A stretch of DNA of 32,000 nucleotides from Gemmata obscuriglobus (lineage in GTDB: Bacteria > Planctomycetota > Planctomycetia > Gemmatales > Gemmataceae), in contig NZ_CP042911.1 of assembly GCF_008065095.1 (NCBI RefSeq), forward strand, positions 1,590,001 through 1,622,000. Reading direction: 5' to 3'. Below the pieces are notes generated by a model that saw only the letters and a list, made by a program, of their open reading frames with translations, had not been told where the DNA came from and searched no databases. The stretch's first letter is position 1; each line of letters begins with the position of its first letter. The translations under genes and the position numbers were made by a program. Shown piece by piece: positions 24,883 through 32,000 of this stretch.

Positions 24883-25843
24883 GGCGTGGCCCGCTCACTC
24901 GTGCAGAGGTATTACCACGGATTGGGCGCGGTGGTAGAGTAGGGCCTATGGGTACCATTTCGACCGTATGCACAAGTTGCACCGAGAGCGGTTCTGGCAA
25001 CTGGTGTGTGAGCACGCGCACACCGTGAACGTGGCCGCCCACGTGCTCCCGACGCTTTTGGGGACGGCCACGCCCTTTGCGTCGGCACTTGGCATGTCCC
25101 GGTTCCGGAACCACGAGTTCGTCACACTGCCGGCGCTCATCGAACCGGGGCAAAGTGGGCCATGGTGACCGAGGCCCGCTCCGCGGGGGTGACGGTTCGG
25201 GTCGCCGGGGGCGCGGGTACGCTGTGGGTGGCGGAAGTGCCGGTCGTGTTGGACCGACCCGGGCGGAATCGGGTGGGCGGCGGCAAGCGGGTGCGCACAC
25301 CGGGTGCCCCGTTGAGATTGCGGTTGATCGTCAGTTGGGTGCTCGGTCCGGACGGACGGGTGCTGGCCGAGTGGTTCCTGCTCAACAACGCCCCGCTGCG
25401 GTTCGCGGCGGCAACGGTCGCATGTTGGTACGCGTGGTGCATCGAGAGCGACCACAAGTTGCTCAAGACGGCCGGGATGAACGCCGGGCAGTGGCAGCAA
25501 CAGACGGGCGAGGCGGTGGCCCGGCGGTTGGTGGTGGCGAGCACCGCGTGCCTGTCGGTGTGGTGACTGCAACAGGACCCGTCGGTCGAGGCGGGGGCGG
25601 TGCGCGGGGTGCTGGTGCGGCTGAGCGGCGCCAGATGAAGCACCGGGGCGAGCACACCGCCCCGGCTTTACTCTCCGCACTGGACAAACTGCTGGCGGTT
25701 CTCAACTTGATGCGCACACACGACCTCGCGGAACTCGTGGCCCAGGCCAAACGGGTCCGGCCCAACATCTTCAACTCCGCGTAGCTTACCACCGCGCCCA
25801 ATCCGTGATAATAACTCTGCACGGAGTGAGCGGACCACACTCC
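24883..25843 (+). mobile_element. Internally deleted IS4-family (Tn5/IS50-like) insertion sequence relic with ~55-bp imperfect inverted ends
   Basis: The left end is 24883-24936 (GGCGTGGCCCGCTCACTCGTGCAGAGGTATTACCACGGATTGGGCGCGGTGGTA). The right end is 25787-25843 (TACCACCGCGCCCAATCCGTGATAATAACTCTGCACGGAGTGAGCGGACCACACTCC). They are reverse complements with a few mismatches. The interior is only about 850 bp and carries transposase fragments in three frames. Confidence 0.75.
24968..25784 (+). pseudogene. Tn5-like DDE transposase pseudogene (N-terminal, C-terminal-core and tail fragments; catalytic core deleted)
   Basis: Fragment 1 (24968-25168) contains VNVAAHVL and SRFRNHEFVTLPALI, like the Tn5 Tnp N-terminus (LVNVAAQLA, YRFIRNPNVSAEAI). 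Fragment 2 (25162-25566) contains WFLLNNAP...CWYAWCIESDHKLLKTAG, like Tn5 WLLLTSEP...YTHRWRIEEFHKAWKTGAG (the YREK/E326 region). Fragment 3 ends at 25784 in a third frame. The region that would hold the two catalytic Asp residues is missing. Confidence 0.7.
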
Positions 25844-26004
25844 GAACATGAGTCGCGCGGCGCGAGCGGGAAACGACCAGATGCGAGGGGGCCGGTACTC
25901 GCGCCGTACCTGTAGCGTGCCTCGGTGGGGTCGGTGGTAGACGGGTGATGTCGCGCCGGCCTCACCGAGTACGGATTCGGTGTCGGCCGGCGCGGGGGCC
26001 GAGC

Positions 26005-26940
26005 CTACTGCCGCGCCCACTCGACCGTGCGCCGCAGCCCTTCGGCGAAGGGCACCGCGGGCGCGTAGCCGAGGTCGGTGCGGATGCGGTCGATCCGCGC
26101 CCGCGAGTGCTTCACGTCGCCCGGACGGGCCGGGCTGTGGACCGGCACCGCGCTCGTCCCCAATATCGCGTTCAGTTCTGCGATCAGCTCCAACAGATTC
26201 ACGCTGCGCCCGGTGCCGACGTTGTACACCCGCCCCGACACGCCGGGGGTGTCGGCCGCGAGGACGAGCGCCCGCGCCACGTCCGAGACGTACACGAAGT
26301 CGCGCGACTGGAGCCCGTCGCCGTGGATCGTGGGGACCCGCCCCGCCGCGAGTAGCCCGGCGAAAATGGCGATCACCCCCGAGTACGGGCTGTCGGCCCG
26401 CTGCCGCGGGCCGAACACGTTGAAGAACCGCAGCCGCACCGTTTCGATGCCGTAGGTGCGGGCGAACGCCTCCGCGTAAAACTCGCCCGCCAGCTTCGCC
26501 GCCGCGTAGGGCGACAGCGCCATCAGCGGCGTGGCCTCGTCCTGGCCGGCCTCGTCGGACGCGTTCCCGTACGCGCTGGCGCTGCCGGCGTAGACGATCC
26601 GCCGCACGCCGGCCTTGCGGGCGGCGTCGAACACCGTCAGCGCCCCGGTCGCGCACGCGGCGTGCGAGGCGAGCGGGTCTTCCACGCTCTTGGCGACCGA
26701 CGCGAGCGCCGCGAGGTGGAACACCACGTCGCACCCCGCGACCGCTCGCGCCACCGCATCGGGATCGGTGACACAGCCTTGAACGAGTTCGGGGGCCGGT
26801 GAGATGTGCGCGAGGTTCGCCGGCAGCCCCGTTGTGAGGTTGTCCAGCACCCGAACCGTGCGGCCGGCGGCGGTCAGTGTGTCCGCGAGGTGCGAGCCGA
26901 TGAATCCGGCCCCGCCGGTGATCAGACACGTTGCCGACAT
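26005..26940 (-). CDS. SDR-family NAD-dependent sugar-nucleotide epimerase/dehydratase
   Basis: It has a Rossmann motif (ITGGAGFIGSHL) and the catalytic YAAAK (YxxxK). The overall pattern, including DNLTTG and FFNVFGPRQ, is typical of UDP-sugar 4-epimerases. The SD sequence AAGGA lies upstream of ATG 26940. Confidence 0.92.
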   Translation of the reverse strand: MSATCLITGGAGFIGSHLADTLTAAGRTVRVLDNLTTGLPANLAHISPAPELVQGCVTDPDAVARAVAGCDVVFHLAALASVAKSVEDPLASHAACATGALTVFDAARKAGVRRIVYAGSASAYGNASDEAGQDEATPLMALSPYAAAKLAGEFYAEAFARTYGIETVRLRFFNVFGPRQRADSPYSGVIAIFAGLLAAGRVPTIHGDGLQSRDFVYVSDVARALVLAADTPGVSGRVYNVGTGRSVNLLELIAELNAILGTSAVPVHSPARPGDVKHSRARIDRIRTDLGYAPAVPFAEGLRRTVEWARQ

Positions 26941-27038
26941 CGAAAGTCCTTGGGTCCGAGTTTCATGCTATGGGGGCGTCAGATGCGTCCGCCGCCCCAC
27001 AGCCTGAAACTTGGAACCAACAACCCGAAACTTCAACC

Positions 27039-27527
27039 TCACGGCATCAACTTGCCGCCCGGGACCGGCGGGATCGGGGGCAACCCGCTCTTCCCCTCCG
27101 GCTTCGAGTCGGTGCCCGGCAGCGGGCGGGGCTGGTTCAACTCGCCCGAGCCCGGGCGCGGGACGTTAATCACCGGGGACGCGGGGCGCGGGGCGTCACC
27201 GACGCCGTGCCCGAGGTACGGGTACGGGCACGCGTCGTCCCACTTGCGCCACTGCGTCTGGAAGTACCCGAAGCACGCGCCGGGGCACAGGTTCACCTGG
27301 TACGGCGTCTTATTCTTCTTGAGCAGCACGTGGTGCTTGCAGGTGGAGCAGGAGCCGGTCGCGGCCCCGTGCTCGCACGTGGCGCAACCGGGGTCACCGA
27401 CCGCCACCGGGGCGGCCGAGACGACCGGCGGCGGGGGTACGTCGGCGGCGGTCGCCGGCGCACCGGCCCACGCGAGCGCGGCTACGGCACCGGCTGCGAG
27501 TCGAACGAAACGGGAAGAAAGACTCAT
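27039..27527 (-). CDS. Secreted Cys-rich hypothetical protein (162 aa)
   Basis: A strong SD (AAAGGAG) lies 8 nt before ATG 27527. The signal peptide is MSLSSRFVRLAAGAVAALAWAGAPATA. There are seven Cys, including CATC, CSTC and CPGAC, within a conserved-looking core (LCPGACFGYFQTQWRKWDDACPYPY). The tail is Pro-rich. I recognise no family. Confidence 0.7.
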   Translation of the reverse strand: MSLSSRFVRLAAGAVAALAWAGAPATAADVPPPPVVSAAPVAVGDPGCATCEHGAATGSCSTCKHHVLLKKNKTPYQVNLCPGACFGYFQTQWRKWDDACPYPYLGHGVGDAPRPASPVINVPRPGSGELNQPRPLPGTDSKPEGKSGLPPIPPVPGGKLMP

Positions 27528-27581
27528 ACCGAGACTCCTTTCACGGTTGAGAAGCGGAACGCGCCGTCCGGGCGCGGTTTC

Positions 27582-28166
27582 TTACCTGCGGAACGAGTTG
27601 ACCGCGGCGCCGACGCCGAGTGCGGTGCCCAGAGGCGACCCGCCCGGACGGGCGAGCCCGCCGCCACCACCGACCATCGCAGCCCCACCGTACCCGCCGC
27701 CACCGCCGCCGGTGAGCGCGCCGCGCCCGTTGGCGAGGCCGTTCGGGTACCAGTGCCCCAACCCCCCGCCGCTCCCGCCGGTCCCACTGGGGTACCAGTG
27801 GCCGAGGTTGTTGAACGTGCCCACAACGCCGGTGGCGGGCAGTTGCGGGTTCACCGCGAACGCGCCCGGCAGGGTTTGGCCGAAGTTCACCTGTCCGGGG
27901 TAGCCGAAGCCGGTGAGCGGTTGCCCCGGCATGACGAACCCTTGTCCGAACTGCCCCCCGGCCACCTGCGGCCCGATCGGGTTGATGAACGGCGCGTTCC
28001 CGGCCCCGGCGCCTTGCACCCCGAGGGCCGGGCGCGGGCTGAAGATGTTGCCGAACGAGCTGTACCGCGGCCGAACGGGGGCCTGCGGCTGTGCCGCCAC
28101 GGGGGCCAGTTCGCTCGCCCCGAGAACGGCGACGGCGGCCACGAGAACGGACGAGCGGAACGACAT
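27582..28166 (-). CDS. Secreted Gly/Pro/aromatic-rich low-complexity protein (194 aa)
   Basis: A strong SD (GAAGGAG) lies 8 nt before ATG 28166. The signal peptide is MSFRSSVLVAAVAVLGASELAPVAAQ. The body is G/P/Q/F/N-rich, with a duplicated LGHWYP(S/N)G motif and poly-Gly runs (TGGGGGGYGG, VGGGGGL). I recognise no family. Confidence 0.68.
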   Translation of the reverse strand: MSFRSSVLVAAVAVLGASELAPVAAQPQAPVRPRYSSFGNIFSPRPALGVQGAGAGNAPFINPIGPQVAGGQFGQGFVMPGQPLTGFGYPGQVNFGQTLPGAFAVNPQLPATGVVGTFNNLGHWYPSGTGGSGGGLGHWYPNGLANGRGALTGGGGGGYGGAAMVGGGGGLARPGGSPLGTALGVGAAVNSFRR

Positions 28167-28442
28167 GGTTGCGACTCCTTCTGGACCGTGCGCGAGCGGG
28201 CGGTCCCGCTATCGTAGCACGGCGCCCCTTCCGCTACCGTAAACGACATCGGCGGCCGGGAACCCGCCGAAGCAGGTTCCCGGCCGCCTCTTGTGGCCCC
28301 GCGGCCGCCGCGTGCCGTCAAAACCGTTGCGAGCCGCGCCGTGGTCGAACGCCCGGCCGTTCCAAGTTGGGAAGCCGCTCGGCAAAAGCCCCAGGCCATG
28401 TCGTGTGCTGTGAGCTTCACGCGAAACCTGGAACGACTGAAG

Positions 28443-28491
28443 CCAGACCGTCGTAACGCCGAGGGCGGCCCCCGGCGTTACGACGGTCTGG
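28443..28491 (-). terminator. 19-22-bp hairpin immediately downstream of the Wza-like gene
   Basis: CCAGACCGTCGTAACGCCG (28443-28461) pairs with CGGCGTTACGACGGTCTGG (28473-28491), ending 22 nt from the stop at 28513-28515. There is no clear U-tract. A second 13-bp hairpin, GGCGGCCGGGAAC/GTTCCCGGCCGCC, lies at 28251-28288. Confidence 0.5.
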
Positions 28492-28512
28492 CGTTACAAC
28501 CCTTAACCCGCG

Positions 28513-29613
28513 TCAGGGGATGATCGGGGCCACGATCCCGACGTTCCCGTTGTTCCCGTTGTTCCGGAACTGGTTCTGTACGCTCGCCCCGAGCAGCGTC
28601 ACACCAAGGGCCCGCTGGACCGGCGACAGGGTGCGCGCCATGTACGTGTCGAACTTGGTGAGCGGCTGCGACAGGATGTACACCCGGTCGCCCGGCAGCA
28701 GTTGGTAGTTCGTCTTCACCTGCCCCTTGCGGGTGATGCCGCACCAGTCCACCGGCAGGATCTGGTCGTTGCCGCACTCGACCGGGGCCGGGCGGGCGAC
28801 CCACAGCTTCTTGCTCGACACCGCCGACAGCCCGCCGTTCAGCGACACCGCGTCGAGCACGGTCTCGTTGCCGGTGTGCGGGAACCGCACCACCTGCTCG
28901 CCGTTGCCCGCGAAGTCCGTGATGACGTAGTAGTACTTGCTGTTGTACGAGAACACGTCTACCGCCACTTCCGGCTTGTACAGGTACTTCGACAGGTGCG
29001 CCTCGATGGCCTGCTTCACCTGCGCGAGGCTCAGCCCGGCGACGTACACGCTGCCGTACCCGCCCAGGCTCACGGTGCCGTCGGGCCGCACGATGTGCTG
29101 GCCGCCGATCTGCTGCACCCCGCGGGACTGGGCCAGCGAGACGGTCACGTTCGCGGTGTTCCGCTGGGTGCGGACCTTGTCCTGGATCACCTTCTGGGCC
29201 TCCTCGGTGGTCAGGTCCACCACGCGGACGGTGCCGCCGTAGCGGGCCCCGAGGTTGACGGTCCCGTCCGGGTCCACCGGGTACAGCCCGGCCAGCGGGG
29301 CGCCCTGGAAGTCGTTCTCGGCGCTCAGGTACAGGATGTCGAGCGCTTCCAGCCGGTACGGCGGCAGCGGGATCACCCGGATGGCGTCGATCTGGAGCAC
29401 GTCCGGGGTCTCGACCACGTACGGCGGCATGCTCACCTTGTTGAGCTCTTTGGGCACCTGCACGTTGGGGATCGTGCAGCAGTTGAAGTCCGGCGGCTTG
29501 CAGCACTCGCGCTCGGCCCGCAGGTTCTTGGCCGACTGGCACCCGGCGCCGCCGAGCGAGCCGGCGAGCGCGACCAGGGCCAGCCACACTTTCCAGAAGC
29601 GTCGGCGCAGCAT
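28513..29613 (-). CDS. Wza-like outer-membrane polysaccharide export protein (Poly_export + SLBB repeats), probable lipoprotein
   Basis: The SD AAGGAG lies 9 nt before ATG 29613. The signal sequence has a Cys (LALVALAGSLGGAGCQ). Poly_export-like segment: PPYRLEALDILYLSAE...YPVDPDGTVNLGARYGGTVRVVDLTTEEAQKVIQDKV. SLBB-like segment: IVRPDGTVSLGGYGSVYVAGLSLAQVKQAIEAHL. Confidence 0.9.
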   Translation of the reverse strand: MLRRRFWKVWLALVALAGSLGGAGCQSAKNLRAERECCKPPDFNCCTIPNVQVPKELNKVSMPPYVVETPDVLQIDAIRVIPLPPYRLEALDILYLSAENDFQGAPLAGLYPVDPDGTVNLGARYGGTVRVVDLTTEEAQKVIQDKVRTQRNTANVTVSLAQSRGVQQIGGQHIVRPDGTVSLGGYGSVYVAGLSLAQVKQAIEAHLSKYLYKPEVAVDVFSYNSKYYYVITDFAGNGEQVVRFPHTGNETVLDAVSLNGGLSAVSSKKLWVARPAPVECGNDQILPVDWCGITRKGQVKTNYQLLPGDRVYILSQPLTKFDTYMARTLSPVQRALGVTLLGASVQNQFRNNGNNGNVGIVAPIIP

Positions 29614-30173
29614 CGTTTATACTCCTTGTCCCGATCCGCGGGGTTGTTCAGCTCGTGCGAATTCGCGGGCCTGCCCGGCCCGCCGTCCCACCCGTGCTTA
29701 CCTGACTAATCGGCTCTCCCGCCCAACCGGTCCAACAAAAACCTTCCCCTCCAACCGATCTCTCCGGAATTCTCGGGGCACGAAATCTTCCCCAGCCGCT
29801 TGACAGGTGCCCTTTCCTATCCCGGGCCGGAATGGTTACACTGTGTCGGGATGGAGCGATATTGCCGCGCATACCGGTTGTCACGCGCGCCGGTGCCGGC
29901 GCCTTCCGGGCGCGTCCGGCCACGTGCCGGCCGCACGGGCGGAGCCGGAAACGCGGCAAAAGTGGTCGATTTGCACCCGACAGCAAGATCCGCACGGGCC
30001 GCGCCGTAATACCGGGCGCGTCGCGTGCTAAGTTTGCTGGGCGGGGTGGTTGTTCGGTCGGTTTTCGGCCGACGCCCGCGCTGGTCCCGGCTCCGGCTTC
30101 GGCCCGAGCCTCAAAATAGAAGGGTTCGCAGGAACGCGAGCCCGCCCGCGCCTCAACGCCGGAGACTCTCACG

Positions 30174-32000
30174 ATGGCCCGTCCGATCGCCGGTGACCCG
30201 CCCGCGAGCCCGCCGCCCGCGCCGTTCCCGACCCCCGGCGGGGTTCCGGCCCCGGTCGCACCGTCGCCGTTCAGCTACACCAACCAGCCGAGCCTGCCCG
30301 GCCCGACGGTGTCGTCCGCGCCCACCCCGAGCGGGCTGTGGAACGCGTTCCGCCGCCGGTGGGTGCTGAGCACCTTCGTCGGCGCCCTCGTGGCCGCGGC
30401 GGTCGCCGTCGGCGCGTGGCTGGCCATGCCCGCCGGCAAGCACCAGGTGCGCGCGCTGGTGCAGCTCCAGCCGCAGCACGCGTACATCACGAACAAGGGG
30501 CAGGAAGACTTCGAGTGGTACCGGCGCCGGCAGATCTACCTGCTGACGAAGGACCGCGACCTGTTCAACCGGGTGCTCGCGGACCCGGCCGTGTCCAGCC
30601 TGGCGCTGGTGAAAACGGCCGACGACCCGGTCGCGATGCTCGAGGACGCGGTCCGGGTGTCGGTCGCGGCCCCGGAGATGTTGGAAGTCACCCTGACGGG
30701 CAACCACCTCGACGACATGAAGGTGCTGCTCGACCGCCTGATCAAGCGGTACCTCGACGACACCAACGCGTTCGACAACCGGTCCCGCACCGAGGAGCGG
30801 GAGCACCTCCGGAACCGCCGCAGCGAGGTGCAAAACGAGATCGCGCAGGGCGAGCGGGTGATCGAGTTCACGGCCCGGAACCTGGGCGTCAACGGGACGG
30901 GCGACGCCAACGGCTCGACCCAGCTCCTGCACATCAAGTTCGGCGAACTCGACCGCATGTTCACTGCGGCCAACCACGAGCTCGGCGACCTGCAGAGCCA
31001 GCTCAGCGTGTACCAGGACCAGTTGGAGGAGCGGAAGCGCGACCCCAAGAAGTTCGCGGCGGACACGCAACTGCTGAAGCTGGCGGTCGCGCGGGACAAG
31101 CGGGTGGTCGCGGCCAACGAGCTGTGGCAGGCGGCCAACGACCTGTACACCAAGGAGCTGAAGAACTCCAACCCCGAGAACGCGTACATCCAGGAGCTGA
31201 AGGCCGCGGCCGACAAGTACAAGAAGGCCCTGGACGACGTGCAGAACCAGGTGACGACGGAGGCCGAAACCGCCCTCCGGTTCAGCGACCTGGCCGAGCG
31301 GCAGAAGAAGGTCAGCGACCTGGCGGACCAGATCGCCATCAAGGAGAAGGTGCGCAACGGCCTCCGGACCGAGCGCGACACGGCCAAGAAGACGATCGAG
31401 AGCACCGCCGGCGGCGGCGCCAGCATCGACGCGCTGCGCAAGAACCTGGAGCCGCAGCGGGCGCTGCTCTCCCGGCTCGACGAGCAACTGCTCCAGTTGA
31501 GCACGGGCGAGGGCCGGACCCGGGCCAGCGCCCGCGGCGAGGCCGAGAAGATCCCGAACAACAACCAGAACAAGAAGCTGGCGATGTCGTCCGTGGGCGG
31601 CCTCGGGGCGTTCCTCACGGTGGTGCTGCTGATCTCATTCCTGGAGTGGCGCACCCGCCGCGTGGACGGGGTGGACCAGGTGGTGACCGAACTCGGGATG
31701 CGGGTGATCGGCACCGTGCCGGTGTTCCCGAACCGGGCCAGCCTCCAGGCCGCGGTCGAGGCCGGCGGGGCCAACTGGCGGTTCGTGCTCAACGAGAGCA
31801 TCAACTCGACCCGCACCATGCTGCTGCACACGGCCAAGAGCCAGTCGATGCAGGTGGTGATGGTGACCAGCGCCACCCAGGGCGAGGGGAAGACCTCGAT
31901 CAGCAGCCAGCTCGCCACCAGCATGGCGACCGCCGGGATGCGCACCCTCATCGTGGACTGCGACCTGCGCAACCCGTGCGTCATGAAGCTGTTCGAGGTC
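30174..32000 (+). CDS. Wzc/GumC-like chain-length determinant fused to a BY-kinase domain, 3'-truncated by the window edge
   Basis: This gene is absent from the ORF track because no stop is reached. I translated 609 codons from ATG 30174 (GGAGA 9 nt upstream) to the window end without a stop. The parts are: a Pro-rich N-terminus; TM1 (WVLSTFVGALVAAAVAVGAWLA); a long coiled-coil periplasmic region; TM2 (LGAFLTVVLLISFLEW); then the kinase Walker A (VTSATQGEGKTS) and Walker A' (LIVDCDLRNP). The two minus-strand ORFs covering this span translate to low-complexity junk. Confidence 0.9.
   Translation, partial: MARPIAGDPPASPPPAPFPTPGGVPAPVAPSPFSYTNQPSLPGPTVSSAPTPSGLWNAFRRRWVLSTFVGALVAAAVAVGAWLAMPAGKHQVRALVQLQPQHAYITNKGQEDFEWYRRRQIYLLTKDRDLFNRVLADPAVSSLALVKTADDPVAMLEDAVRVSVAAPEMLEVTLTGNHLDDMKVLLDRLIKRYLDDTNAFDNRSRTEEREHLRNRRSEVQNEIAQGERVIEFTARNLGVNGTGDANGSTQLLHIKFGELDRMFTAANHELGDLQSQLSVYQDQLEERKRDPKKFAADTQLLKLAVARDKRVVAANELWQAANDLYTKELKNSNPENAYIQELKAAADKYKKALDDVQNQVTTEAETALRFSDLAERQKKVSDLADQIAIKEKVRNGLRTERDTAKKTIESTAGGGASIDALRKNLEPQRALLSRLDEQLLQLSTGEGRTRASARGEAEKIPNNNQNKKLAMSSVGGLGAFLTVVLLISFLEWRTRRVDGVDQVVTELGMRVIGTVPVFPNRASLQAAVEAGGANWRFVLNESINSTRTMLLHTAKSQSMQVVMVTSATQGEGKTSISSQLATSMATAGMRTLIVDCDLRNPCVMKLFEV

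Noticed and set aside
29797-29812. Minus-strand GGGCAC-CTGTC-AAGCG upstream of the Wza-like gene as a fifth sigma-54 promoter
   Set aside because: The GG/GC spacing is right, but the -12 element is AAGC instead of TTGC and the -24 box differs from the four strong sites. The match is too weak to call without data.
30153-31984. 444-aa and 482-aa minus-strand ORFs at the right end of the window
   Set aside because: They are antisense to the Wzc/GumC-like gene, which has TM segments, a coiled coil and Walker motifs. These frames are V/L/R/G or S/R/A low complexity.

Overview
This is a very GC-rich window (roughly 68-70% by eye) with strong G/C bias at third codon positions. It therefore carries many long shadow ORFs on the wrong strand or frame, and most ORF-track entries are artefacts. 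The gene content points to Planctomycetota, probably Gemmata-like, but that is inference: a DUF1552 + DUF1592 / planctomycete cytochrome c pair, PEP-CTERM cargo, many sigma-54 enhancer-binding proteins and Pro-rich N-terminal extensions.

I support about 20 real CDS:
- (i) A histidine kinase plus sigma-54 response regulator, followed by a SulP/STAS transporter (1-4521).
- (ii) A DksA/TraR zinc-finger gene (5435-5803).
- (iii) A PEP-CTERM-type exopolysaccharide module: a 1470-aa TPR protein, a PEP-CTERM cargo protein and a PEP-CTERM-locus-type polysaccharide deacetylase (6912-13670).
- (iv) A second sigma-54 module on the minus strand: candidate 40-aa membrane peptide, PAS histidine kinase, sigma-54 response regulator and a 605-aa secreted orphan. 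A DUF2007 gene lies divergent to it (13750-19197).
- (v) A DUF1552 - DUF1592 (CxxCH) - HMA-like operon (19488-23987).
- (vi) An internally deleted IS4/Tn5-like relic with roughly 55-bp inverted ends (24883-25843), plus a non-coding MITE-like sibling (6164-6741).
- (vii) An epimerase, two orphan secreted proteins (one Cys-rich, one Gly-rich), a Wza-like exporter and a divergent Wzc/GumC-like tyrosine kinase that runs off the window and is missing from the ORF track (26005-32000).

The most interesting non-obvious signal is a set of four near-identical -24/-12 sigma-54 promoter matches (CGGCAC-N5-TTGC), each 45-75 bp upstream of a gene start. Two of them form a divergent pair around a cluster of TGTGC(C)GG / CCGCACAC repeats, and those repeats recur upstream of the DksA/TraR promoter. 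There are also several families of long palindromic repeats.

I saw no rRNA, tRNA or CRISPR array. All family calls come from motif recognition by eye; no search or computation was run.
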